Positions 1 through 10,284 of a stretch of 64,000 bases of DNA are shown here, piece by piece. Position 1 is the stretch's first letter. Each line of letters opens with the position of its first letter. The stretch lies in the NCBI GenBank assembly GCA_965215885.1, contig CBDCEW010000105.1:128001-192000 (forward strand), read 5' to 3'. The notes below the pieces were generated by a model. That model worked only from the letters and a program-made list of their open reading frames with translations. It had not been told where the DNA came from and did not search any database. The position numbers were made by a program, and so were the translations under genes. This DNA is from Candidatus Moanibacter sp. (GTDB lineage: Bacteria > Verrucomicrobiota > Verrucomicrobiia > Opitutales > UBA2987).

Positions 1-192
1 ATGGGGTCGGGCTAGTGATATCACACCCACTCCAGATTTCCTTTCCGACTGCCATATCAAGACATGCCGCCGATTTCACAGCTGCTCTTTTGGCGGCATC
101 GAAAAACCTCCGCTGGTGTAGTTCAAGACAAAGTTCAGGGAACAGTTGTGGAAGGGTAGTTACGAGGGACTTCTGAACAGAGCGAGCCGAAA

Positions 193-1289
193 TCAGGATT
201 CTCTGAGTGCCCTGATCCCCTCATCGCTTTTTTCCAGCCTGAACCGAACGCTCACGATTGAATTCAGTTCGGGCCCGGGTCGGTACTTGACGTAGGTGGT
301 GGCCACGATCGTGCCGTCGGGCAGGCATTCAATTCCCGAGTAACCGCAATCGTCCTTGTGCTCCCCGTGTTGATGCAGGAGTTTCACGCGATATTGTCCG
401 TCCCGGCCATGGGCAATGTCGTCATAGGTCCCGACCCAGGCGACGTAGCTGCCGTGTGTCGGCGAAGGATCCGCCTTGTCTCGAAATGCCACCACCAGCC
501 TGCCATCCGGTGCGTAGCAGGACATGTGGCGATCGCCCGTCAGGCTGGGGGCCACTTCCTTGGCAGTGGACCAGTTCCGGCCTTCGTCTTCGCTCAGCAT
601 CATCAGGGAACGATAGCGCCGGGTGTTTTCACGCATCAAACAGAGCAGTTGGGTGCCATCCGGCGAGCGTATTAATTCCGGCTCGCAGGGGTCCGCCCCG
701 GGCACCTCGCAGGCGACCTGGTAATCTTCCCAACTCAGCCCGCCGTCAGCCGAGATTGCCTGCCAGACCGTCAAACCCATTTCATTGGGCGCGGACACGG
801 GCCGCGAATCTCGCTGCGTGAGCAGCAGATGCCTCCGCCCGTTGTCAATCGGTAGAATCGTGACGTTTGCGCCATGCTGGGGAGCCCGTTCGGGCGCAAC
901 CCAGTCCAGCTAAGACCGCCATCCTCGGACACCGCCTGGCACAGTTCGCCTTTACCCGCGAAAACCAGCAAACGCTCAACGCCGTCCCCGTCGGTCAATC
1001 GGAATATACAGGGGCAGCTCCGCACTTTCCGCCAGTCCTCCGGCGTCGGCAAGAGTCGGCTCCAGGTCAGCCCGCCATCCACACTCTTTTTCATCGGGCC
1101 GCACCAACCACCGTGCGGAATCGACCAGACAGCGTAGAGGGTCTTTCCATCGCCCATCAAGACGGTGTTCACCTGGCCCTGGTAGACCCTTTCGGTTCCA
1201 TAGGCAACGACCACCTGACGGTAAGTCTCCGCTGAGATATCGAGAATGGGAATGGCAAAATCTTGTCTCACAGAAGGGATTTCCACCAT
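193..1289 (-). pseudogene. BNR/Asp-box sialidase-like (exo-alpha-sialidase family) protein, frameshifted near 866
   Basis: Asp-box repeats SxDGGxTW/SEDEGRNW occur in both ORF 771..1385 and ORF 193..798. The frame switches near 866 (…PSMAQ / NVTILPIDNGRRH…). Likely start is ATG at 1289. Confidence 0.75.
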
Positions 1290-1321
1290 ATTCAACGAGT
1301 AAGACAAGTGGCAAATCACTC

Positions 1322-2129
1322 CTATTTCTCGGACTCGGGTCGGGGCAAAAGCGACCAGAGGCCGGACGCGTCCTGACCGCCGCAAAGTACCGGAGCGTGC
1401 TTCGCCAGCGCATGTTCGTGCGGCTGAACCTCGGCACGGGTGTAGTCCATGGTGAGAGCACGCCGATAACGATCAGGGGAAGGATTTGGTGGAGACAAAT
1501 GTACCAGCAGCGTCGAAAAGAAAACGACCTGCCCGGCCCTCACTTCCATGGGAATTTTGCCGCATCTCCTGATCACATCCTCGCGGACATCGTCGCTCAG
1601 GTTCAGATCTCCTTTTGGGTCCCGAACCGGTAACTCCCCGAGTTTGTGTGAGCCTGGACAGAACCACATACAACCGTTGCCCGTATCGGCGTCCTCAAGC
1701 GCCAGCCATGCCTTGAAGGAGTCGCAGGCATTTATCGCGAAGTAGGGCGCATCCTGGTGGCCGGCCACAACCGTGCCGCTGCCGGGCGGCTTGTCATTAT
1801 ACTGGCTGATGATGCAGATGATAGCGCTTTTCTCCCAGCACGTCGCCAATAAAATGGAGCAGCCGAGCGTCGGCGATGATATCGAATACCCAGCCCAGAC
1901 GCGCATGGCGATTGAGGGGTCTGGTTTCGGCTGGGTCAGCCTCAATGAACCGCTGCCGCATCGGCGCCAGCGACGATTGCGGAAATACCGTAATTGGCTG
2001 CATATAGCCGAATTCGTTGTAATGATCAATCTGGTCTCCGGTGAACGCCCGTCCGGCGGAGGACAGCGGATGAAAGGAAAGATCCAGATCAAGATCGGGA
2101 TATCTAGTGGCAATCATTTGCTCATTCAT
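1322..2129 (-). pseudogene. Phytanoyl-CoA dioxygenase (PhyH) family Fe(II)/2OG dioxygenase, frameshifted near 1830
   Basis: N-terminus is in ORF 1797..2129 (QIDHYNEFGY). C-terminus is in ORF 1322..2113 with HQD, NGCMWFCPGSHK, H..PN....RR. Frame change lies at an A-run (GAAAAG). Confidence 0.75.
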
Positions 2130-2217
2130 TTGGAAGAAATCTGTGAAATAGACAGGTATCGGGCAATTCCCATTTGGGTTCTTGAGGGTATCGTTCTAAG
2201 GACAACGAGAATTTGGA

Positions 2218-2284
2218 TCACGCAAAGACCCAAAGGCAAGAAAAGTGCTGCCATAAATCTTGGGGCCTTAGGGTCTTGGCGTGA
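2218..2284. repeat. Inverted short-unit (about 8-mer) repeat hairpin
   Basis: tcacgcaaagacccaaaggc … gccttagggtcttggcgtga, an imperfect inverted repeat. Confidence 0.5.
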
Positions 2285-2571
2285 GAGTACCGAACCAAGA
2301 ATCAAAGTAGATCGGTTGCCAAAGCCGACAGTTTCGGTAAGCCGGGCGTGCTCCCTTCAGCGGGGCTTTACCTGGAATATCTTCAGGACTTGCAGATCGC
2401 ATCCTTCCTGGGCGCGATGAGGCTGCCCGCGGTGAGCCTAGCTTGAAACTACACTGTTTATGCGGGTTTGCGCGCGGTTCCGTCGACATGCCAGCGTTCG
2501 ATGTCCAGGCCGGCTTGACTCCGCAGTAGGTTCTGGCCGCAAAACTTGCAGTCGGGCCCCACCGCCGCTTC

Positions 2572-3039
2572 GGCCAGACTGGGGCCGATCGCGCAGCACT
2601 TGACTGGGCTATCGAGAATGGAATTCCGCACGGAGGATGGTGTCCGAAAGGAAGGAAAGCAGAGGACGGGCGGATTCCCGATTGCTACAACCTGAAAGAG
2701 ACAGAGAGCGCCGACTACCGGGGGCGAACTCGCCTCAAGGTCCAGGATTTCGACGGCACTCTGATTTTCTCAAAGAGTCCGCTCACGGGCGGGACCAAAT
2801 ACACGATGGAGTTGGCGAAAGAGATGGGAAAACCGGTGCTGCATATGGAAAAGGGTAAGTATTCCACTGCGACTGATATCGCCAAATTTATCCAACGGCA
2901 CAACATCAGTATCCTGAACGTGGCGGGTCCTCGTGCATCAGGCGAATCTGATATCTATGATTTCGTCAAAGCAACACTTTCACTGTGTTACCTCTGGAGT
3001 GCCGAGCTGGGAATGATTAGCGAACTGAGCGAAGAGTAG
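2572..3039 (+). pseudogene. Putative molybdenum carrier protein (SLOG-like), 5'-truncated
   Basis: GQTGADRAALDWAIENGIPHGGWCPKGR is in frame with ORF 2806..3039 (LNVAGPRAS). There is an in-frame stop at 2527-2529 and no ATG/GTG/TTG start before the homologous N-terminus. Confidence 0.7.
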
Positions 3040-3307
3040 AGGGAGGATGTTGAGGGGGTTGGGGTAGATGGTTAACGCTAAAGTCAGGCACGCCTTCAGG
3101 GGTTGTCTCCACTATATTGTTCTACCTCTTTTTTCGTAATTCAAAATAAATGAGTCATCGCTGCAGACAACCTGATAAAATTCCGCCCCTTTGGATAAGC
3201 GATTTTTACTCAACTCAATAATTTCGTCAGCCCTTTCTTGTGCGGAGGCGATCAATGACCGATGAGCATTTCTTATTGTTTGTGCCAAGGCCCCTCCTTG
3301 GTTTTCT

Positions 3308-3706
3308 ATGGAAAACCGGAGCAACTTCAGATATTCCTCCCAGGCATGGACCTACTTAGAAAACATTGAAGAGCAATTTGTTGTTGTTCTTCACGTAGAT
3401 CCAGTTAATTCTCCCCAAAAGGCAGTGCAAGCTGCCATCGCCAGCCAAGAATCCGAAATGATTTCTACAAAAGTCATCATTTTGAATAAGGATGATATTC
3501 TCGGTTCCGTTATTCTCGCACTTGCTACTAGGTCTTCCGGACAACAAATAGCGAGCGGGATGACCAAAGACTACCTTAAGTTGAATGGATTTTTCATACT
3601 TAATTTCCGGTACAAATACCAAATTGATCGCTTTAGAGGGTTGGTTAAGGAATATGTCCCTAAGCACATGCAGTCACAGATCGAAATTAAACCAAATTCA
3701 ATTTAG
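3308..3706 (+). CDS. Hypothetical protein, possibly chimeric or fragmentary, in an AT-rich patch
   Basis: 132-aa ORF with no recognised domain. Confidence 0.3.
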   Translation: MENRSNFRYSSQAWTYLENIEEQFVVVLHVDPVNSPQKAVQAAIASQESEMISTKVIILNKDDILGSVILALATRSSGQQIASGMTKDYLKLNGFFILNFRYKYQIDRFRGLVKEYVPKHMQSQIEIKPNSI

Positions 3707-3822
3707 GACACGCCCAAGAATTAATACGGCGTAAACGTATTCAGTTAATAGATTAAGTTGCGTTAAATCTTTACATTCGGGAGACCAAATGCCTCCCAAC
3801 TCAGCCCTTTAGCCTTCTCAGC

Positions 3823-4020
3823 GTGATTCTGGTCTTACAAGACATTGTAGTTGGTCTTACTGTCTCTTTGGTTGCTAACGTTCCGTACTTCTATTCCATC
3901 TACAAGCTACGTCGGCCCGAAATACGCTCCCGTGAATTGCCGTGTACAGATCCACAGCTGGCAGAAGAGTACAATCGTGTGTCACGCTCGTGGCTGAAGG
4001 ATATTTGGCCTAAATTCTAG
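3823..4020 (+). CDS. Small hypothetical membrane protein or fragment
   Basis: 65-aa ORF with a hydrophobic N-terminus; its TAG stop overlaps a MITE end. Confidence 0.3.
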   Translation: MILVLQDIVVGLTVSLVANVPYFYSIYKLRRPEIRSRELPCTDPQLAEEYNRVSRSWLKDIWPKF

Positions 4021-4098
4021 CATGCTTGTCTCACAAATTCTCGAGGCCCCTATTGCGGCAAGACGCGCTTCCCGCCTCGTTGCTGCTCGCCCGATACG
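4017..4098 (-). repeat. CTAG-bounded MITE family B, degenerate partial copy
   Basis: ctagcatgcttgtctcacaaattctcgaggcccctattgcggcaagacgcg…cgttgctgct aligns with the reverse complement of 21266-21344. Confidence 0.7.
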
Positions 4099-4194
4099 CC
4101 GCAGCGAACACTGCTTCTATAGATACTCAGAAGTGCCTGTTTAATGGTACTTTCAATTTGGCGCTTCCAGGATAGAAGACCCCTACCAGTTTCG

Positions 4195-4491
4195 CTATTT
4201 GCGCGAGGGAGTATTCCCGCCCTTAAAGACCTCCCTCAATGCGGCGTTCGCATTGTCAATCAACTGGCGAGCTTCCTCCTCTTGAGGAGAATTCGGAGCC
4301 AACGCTTCCTGGCTGGCCTCCAACTGGACGACACCATTTTCATCCTCGCTAACCTCTATTACAGCGACCGTCCCGGCACTTGCTTCCTTCACTGTATGAG
4401 AACTGGTCTGACAACCAGAGAAAAACACTAACGGAAACAGAAAGAGGGTCCCCATGACCGTCTTAAGCCCCGAAATTTCTGTCCTTATCAA
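4195..4491 (-). CDS. Putative small lipoprotein
   Basis: Hydrophobic stretch followed by a lipobox-like FSGC. Confidence 0.5.
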   Translation of the reverse strand: MIRTEISGLKTVMGTLFLFPLVFFSGCQTSSHTVKEASAGTVAVIEVSEDENGVVQLEASQEALAPNSPQEEEARQLIDNANAALREVFKGGNTPSRK

Positions 4492-4553
4492 GACGCGCTC
4501 CCTACGTTCGGTTGCGAAATCGTGCGCCTAGTCGATTGTAGCTCCGCCGTCGA

Positions 4554-4772
4554 TCACGATGTGCGCACCGATTCGGAATCCGCCGTATCGGCTTGATGAA
4601 ATATGGCGCGGCCGCCCGAATCCGTAATGGACTCGACAGTGTCCCTACCAGCATCATCTTCCAGTTCCGCTACAATCACGGAAGCTCCCTCAGCGGCGAA
4701 CCGCAATGCAATGGCACGGCCGATCCCGTTACCCCCACCCGTCACAATCGAAACTCTTTCTTTCAGCTGCAT
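4554..4772 (-). pseudogene. SDR family oxidoreductase, N-terminal fragment
   Basis: VTGGGNGIGRAIA Rossmann motif, only 72 aa, no YxxxK catalytic motif. Confidence 0.75.
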
Positions 4773-4954
4773 AGATATAACCGATTACCAATCCGAATAC
4801 GTCTCCCACTCACTATCGTTTGCGCCAGAAGGGTATCTCGCAGCACTCCGATCGTGCAACGATAATTCGCGTGAATTCGATTCTCGTGTTCCAACAGGCG
4901 TCCCTCAGTGAATCCACTCAGTGTCGGCACATTCCAATATTTCAGAGGAGAAAG

Positions 4955-5560
4955 TCATTCCGGAGCAAGACCCCTTCTGAGCATCCGCAATAGTGCGTCC
5001 AGGACTTCATCATCTTTTACCTCCCAATCGAAACTCTCACCCAGACGGTAACCATATTGACGCTTCGCCGTATGCCAGCCCTCGCAAATCGCCCAGATTA
5101 CTACCAGAATGATGCCTTCCGGAATGTCGCTACGTATCCTCCCGCTTCGCTGCTCGCTTGCAATCAATTCAGCTATCGGCGCCGCCCTTCCCTGCGTTTC
5201 CTTTGGTGGAAGGTCACCCTGTGCCTGATACCAGATTAAATGCCGCCTGAATGCCTCCGATTCCGACAGGAATTCGAAATAGGTTGAAGCAAAGTTCAAA
5301 ATGAATTCATCACTCCGCGCCGCCTCACTCAATCGCGGCTTCATCTCCTCAACCGCTTCCCGAAATCGTCTCGCCTCTACCGCGCGCCATAATTCTTCCT
5401 TTGTCTTGAAATGATGGTGGATCAGACTCTGGGTAATCCCGGCCCGTCTCGCCACCAACCCCAACGTCGTTCCTCTGTATCCCCGTTCCAGAAACGTCCT
5501 CTCTGCTCCATCCAGGATCCTCCTTCTCGTCTTTTCGCCTCGTTCTTTCCTTAAATCCAT
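4955..5560 (-). CDS. TetR/AcrR family transcriptional regulator
   Basis: N-terminal HTH (RILDGAERTFLERGYRGTT…HHFKTKEEL). Confidence 0.9.
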   Translation of the reverse strand: MDLRKERGEKTRRRILDGAERTFLERGYRGTTLGLVARRAGITQSLIHHHFKTKEELWRAVEARRFREAVEEMKPRLSEAARSDEFILNFASTYFEFLSESEAFRRHLIWYQAQGDLPPKETQGRAAPIAELIASEQRSGRIRSDIPEGIILVVIWAICEGWHTAKRQYGYRLGESFDWEVKDDEVLDALLRMLRRGLAPE

Positions 5561-5566
5561 AAACAG

Positions 5567-5678
5567 ATTGATTAATTAGTTAAATTTTCGCTGTCAAGTC
5601 ACTTTGGCGAATGCATCAGTCTTTGAGCCATTGTGACGGGGACTTTGGGAAGCAAGTAAACTTAATTAAGCAATCAAT
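5567..5678. promoter_or_regulatory. Two inversely oriented AT-rich candidate TetR operators
   Basis: attgattaattagttaa (5567-5583) matches the reverse complement of ttaattaagcaatcaat (5662-5678) at 14/17, in the divergent tetR-amidohydrolase gap. Confidence 0.55.
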
Positions 5679-5829
5679 TAGTTTTATTAATGGATTAGGC
5701 GACCCACGCACACCCTATGAGATTGCCACGCCCTGCTAGACCGGAAATCTCATGCGATTTACAGGCTAAACTACATAAGCGCCCAGAGCCTTGGAATAAG
5801 ACATTGCGAATTCGAAAGAGAGAGCTAGA

Positions 5830-7200
5830 TTGAGAACCGTGGTGATGAGAATGCACGGAAGATCGAAATGGAATCGATGGGACCTCGTCATTTCCCTGAT
5901 CGCAGCGAATCTACCGGGAGTTGCGGCGGCGGAGATCGTGCGAGATGTTTTGGAAAGCAAGGTCGAAGCGCAGTACGCATACCTTGAAGATCTATACAGA
6001 CATTTTCACGCCAACCCTGAGCTATCGACACGGGAGTTCGAAACAGCCGCACGCCTGGCAGTTGAACTTCGGAAAGCAGGATTCGAAGTACGCGAGCGGT
6101 ACGGTATGACAGGAATCGTAGGCTTATTGGAAAATGGAGAGGGCCCGACCCTCCTGTTGCGCGCAGATATGGACGCTTTACCGGTGAAGGAATCAACTGG
6201 ACTCGAATATGCCAGTCGAGTGCCAACAACGAACGGCACGGGGGATCCGGTAGCTGTCATGCATGCCTGCGGGCATGACATTCACATGACTGTTCTGGTG
6301 GGAGCCGCTCGTGTTCTCGCCAACCGCCAAAGCGAATGGAACGGCACTATCGTTCTCTTAGGACAACCGGCTGAGGAAGTTGGCCAGGGCGCAAAGGCCA
6401 TGCTCGGAGCCGGACTCTTTCAGGAGTATCCGGTACCCGATTTTGCATTCGCCTTTCACGTGAGCGCTTCACTGCCGGCGGGAAAGATAGGATATGTGAG
6501 CGGCTACGCGATGGCCAACGTCGATTCGGTCGACATATTGGTCAAGGGGAGAGGCGGACACGGGGCTTATCCCCATCGCACAAAAGACCCGGTGGTGCTG
6601 GCGAGTCAGCTTGTTCTGTCCTTACAAAATATCGTGAGCCGGGAGACATCCCCCTTGGAGCCTGTTGTTGTCACAGTCGGCTCGATCCATGGAGGCACCA
6701 AACACAACATAATACCGAACGAAGCGAACCTCCAGCTCACAGTGCGAACTTACTCGGATGAATCAAGAGATCGCACGATTAGGGCGATTCAGCGAATAGC
6801 GAAAGGAGTGGCCATTACGGCAGGTCTGCCGAAGGAACTCTATCCAGAGGTCAAACTGAGCGATGAGTATACTCCTTCTCTCTACAACGATCCCGAGCTT
6901 GTGGAACGCCTGACAGCGACAATGAAGGAATGGCTGGGTAATGAAAAGGTAGTTTCGACCAAACCCGTCATGGCCGGGGAGGACTTTGGACGTTACGGCC
7001 GCACCGAAGAGAAGGTGCCCATCAGTCTCTTCTGGCTGGGTGGAGTCGCACCCCAAGAATGGGAACAGAGCCTGGTGAGCGACACCCCCCTCCCCTCTCT
7101 TCACTCGCCCCTTTTTGCACCGCTGCCGGAACCGACCATAAAAACCGGCGTAAAGGGCATGGTCGCGGTAGCTCTCGAGCTTCTCAAACAAGAGCAGTAG
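5830..7200 (+). CDS. M20 family amidohydrolase (hippurate hydrolase-like)
   Basis: LRADMDALP, MHACGHD, QPAEE, GRGGHGA and GEDF motifs; exact start uncertain. Confidence 0.9.
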   Translation: MRTVVMRMHGRSKWNRWDLVISLIAANLPGVAAAEIVRDVLESKVEAQYAYLEDLYRHFHANPELSTREFETAARLAVELRKAGFEVRERYGMTGIVGLLENGEGPTLLLRADMDALPVKESTGLEYASRVPTTNGTGDPVAVMHACGHDIHMTVLVGAARVLANRQSEWNGTIVLLGQPAEEVGQGAKAMLGAGLFQEYPVPDFAFAFHVSASLPAGKIGYVSGYAMANVDSVDILVKGRGGHGAYPHRTKDPVVLASQLVLSLQNIVSRETSPLEPVVVTVGSIHGGTKHNIIPNEANLQLTVRTYSDESRDRTIRAIQRIAKGVAITAGLPKELYPEVKLSDEYTPSLYNDPELVERLTATMKEWLGNEKVVSTKPVMAGEDFGRYGRTEEKVPISLFWLGGVAPQEWEQSLVSDTPLPSLHSPLFAPLPEPTIKTGVKGMVAVALELLKQEQ

Positions 7201-7209
7201 ATTTCCAGG

Positions 7210-8390
7210 CTATTTGGTCGTCATAACGTATACGCCGTCCCAATCCTTTCCAGGGGGGCTCGCCTTCATCTCATGGGCACGCTCGATAAGCACATCGGAC
7301 GGCGTCGTCGGACAATAGGGGTTTAATTCCGACCGGTTGGGCTCCATGCTGAGCGACTTCTCAAAATAGGCCAGTGCCATATCCCAATCCTGCCCCAGGT
7401 AGAAATCCATCGCCTTATCATAGACCTCCTTGCACTCGAACGCCTCTTCGGACATGTTTTTTCGAAGGCCCATGATTTCATACATCACCGCCGGTTGAGT
7501 GCGCCCTTTGACGATAATCTTATCGAGAAAGCGGAATACACAATCATCGCCGAATTTCTCCGCTTCGACCTTTGACTCCCCCGTAATCATGGTATAGACG
7601 CCATACGCCTTTGCCCCGCTTTCGCACCGCGCAGCCAGATTCACGGTGTCGCCCATCATGGTATAGTTGAAGCGCTTTTCGGACCCCATGTTGCCGACCG
7701 TGGCGTCACCCGTGTTGACCCCCATGCGCGTCTGCATTTCGCCGACAATTGTCGGCCATTTGTCTCCTTCGGACTTCCATTTTTCGCGCAACTCCACCTG
7801 CCGTATTTGCATCACCTGAGAGGCGACACAGGCACGCAGGGCGTGATCTTCAAGTGCAACCGGTTTATTGAAAATCCCCACGATGGCATCACCGATATAC
7901 TTATCAACATAGCAACCTTCCTCCATGAGAATGTCGGTCATGGCTGTCAGATACTCGTTCATCAAATCGACCAGTCCCTCAGCACTAAGCTTCTCGGAGA
8001 ATGCAGAAAAACTCTGCACATCGCTGAAATAGGCGGAAATGATCGCGTTCTCCCCACCCAATTGCGGCTCCTCGCCCGAATCGATCATGGTAGTCACGAG
8101 TTCCGGCGAGAGGTAAGTGCCAAACATACCTTTGATTCGGCCCTTCTGTCTCTCTTCGATGAGGAGCTGCACCATGGCGCCGAGGAGGCTTGTCGAAATT
8201 GCAGAGCCGACAGGCGCAACCAGCGGGACGACATTGTGAAAATGCTCAAAGGCCCAAAATACCATGTAAACGAAGACAACCAGGATAAAACCCGCGAAAA
8301 GTTTTGTCGTTCGCGTGTACCTGCCTGTGTTGGTTGCGAGAAGGGCGACTATTGTGGTCAACGCAATTATGAGAAGGTGGGTGAACGAGA
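7210..8390 (-). pseudogene. Class III adenylate/guanylate cyclase (TM + catalytic domain), 5'-truncated at the IS boundary
   Basis: FSDVQSFS, DKYIGDAI and GDTVNLAARCE motifs. The frame stays open up to the IS left end at 8391, and the N-terminal sensor region is missing. Confidence 0.8.
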
Positions 8391-10284
8391 CAGGGTAAAA
8401 GGATTCCAGGAAGCAACTAGCTGATAAGCAAGAAGATAAAAAAAGAGCTAAACAAACCCGAGGGAATCAGTCATGTTAAGATGGGATGAAAGACAAAAAA
8501 TCTTACCAACTGAATCCTTCGATAGATCGTTTAACTCTGCGTCTGGTCCTGCCCGAAGAGCAGGAGCGATTCAATGATCTATTGAAACAACATCATTATT
8601 TACACAGTGCGGGCAGCGCAGGAGAGACCCTGCGCTATGTGGCGCAGATCGACGGGCAATGGATGGGCCTGCTCTTGTGGGGGGCCGCATCCTACCGGCT
8701 GAAGGATCGAGACGAATGGATCGGGTGGGACGGGGCGCAACGGCATGCACGATTGAAACTGGTAGTACAGAACCGGCGTTTTCTGATTTTGCCCGGGGTG
8801 GATCTTGCAAATTTGGCCTCCAAGACGTTGGGTATGTGCCTGAGAGTCTTAGCCGATCACTGGCAGGAGGCTTTTGGCTATCGTCCCTTAGTAGCGGAAA
8901 CGTTCGTGGACCCACAGATTCACCGGGGCACTTGCTACGAAGCGAGCGGGTGGACGCCCTTGGGCTTGAGCGCGGGATATGGCCGCCAACGCGAAGATTT
9001 CTATCAACGCCATGAGCGTCCCAAGCAGATCTGGGTCAAACCCCTCAAGGCTAATGCCCTTGAGCTTTTGCGCGCTTCAGGGCCATTGCCCGCGGCACAG
9101 AGCCAGGCGCTCAATGAAACCGATAACTCCCATGCGGTCTGCCTCAAAGTGGAACAGATGAGCAGCCTGTGGGAACGCTTCAATCAGATAGAAGACTTCC
9201 GTCGTAAAGCGGGCCTTAGATATCGGCTCGCCACGGTCCTGAGCATGATTGTGCTCGGCACGATGTGCGGCAAACAGACCCTCAAGGGCATCGTGCGCCT
9301 GGCCCATCATCTCAATCAAGCCCAATTGCGCGCCTTACGCTCCTGGAAAAACCCCAAAACAGGCCGCTATAAGGCCCCTTGCTATGATGTCTTCTATCGG
9401 GTCTTGCAAAACGTAAAGGCCGAGCTCTTCGATAAAACCCTCACCGAATTCATCTGCTTACAAGACGGCTGTTTGCCCCGCGATATTGCCGTCGACGGCA
9501 AGACCCTCAAAGGCACAAACACCGAAGAATCAAAGGCTCTGCACCTGGTGGCCGCAGTCGATCACCAAAGCGCTCAAACCTTAGCCCAAGTCGCTACCGC
9601 CGATAAATCCAACGCGATCACCGCCGCCCAGACTCTCTTGCGAAAGATGCCCATTTTGGACGGCTCCACCTTCACCTTCGACGCCATGCATAATCAAAAA
9701 GAAACTGCCCACATCGTCGTCGAAGAACTCAGTGCTGACTATGTTATTCAAATTAAAGACAATCAGCCCAACATGCATCAATACGCTCAGAATCTCTTCA
9801 GCTCCACCCCCTTTTTCTCCACCAAACCGTGGACAATGACCATGGGCGACTCGAAATACGTCAAATAGCAACCCATTCTCTAAGCGCTCCCTCTGCCGGC
9901 CTGCCCCATGCCCGCCAGTTCGCCTGTGTGCAACGCACCTTCCATTATCCAAACAAAGCTGAACCTTCCTCTGAACGCTCTTACTACGTAAGCAGTCTCG
10001 ATCCCGCCGATTTGAGCCCTCAACAGTTCCTCTCGAAAATTCGCAACCATTGGTCGATCGAAAATAAAAATCATTACCCCAGGGATCGCTTCTTCGATGA
10101 AGATCGATGTATGATCCGTAATCATAACGCAGCCAGAATTCTTGCTGCATGCAGGCAACTGGTTCTCAGCCTCAAGTCTTCCATGGGCGCTGAATCCACT
10201 CCCGCACTCTGTGATGATTTCGTCTTTAACTTACATAAGGCCATCAATATCATCACCTAATGCTCCGAGAATCAAAATACCGTG
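8391..10284 (+). mobile_element. ISAs1-family insertion sequence, copy 1 (1894 bp)
   Basis: Near-identical to 56630..58523. Imperfect terminal IRs CAGGGTAAAAGGATTC / GAATCAAAATACCGTG. No target duplication (flanks gtgaacgaga / ggcccgcgaa). Confidence 0.92.
8486..10260 (+). CDS. DUF4338-fused ISAs1 transposase (orfA 8486..9868 plus -1 frame orfB to 10260)
   Basis: DUF4338-like N-terminus (HHYL…NRRFLILP…ETFVDP..HRGTCYEASGW), then D..R…RYRL, AVDGKTLKG, FDAMHNQ. HGRLEIR and HWSIEN are in the -1 frame after CCCCCTTTTTC (9807-9817). Confidence 0.85.

Noticed and set aside
3040..4140. Integron cassette array
   Set aside because: No convincing attC pairs and no integron integrase in the window
8486..9868. 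Druantia defence system (DUF4338/DruA)
   Set aside because: No DruE helicase or other dru genes; the domain is fused inside an IS
9581..10150. 189-aa antisense ORF within the IS (also 57820..58389)
   Set aside because: Shadow of the transposase; its duplication only reflects the IS copy
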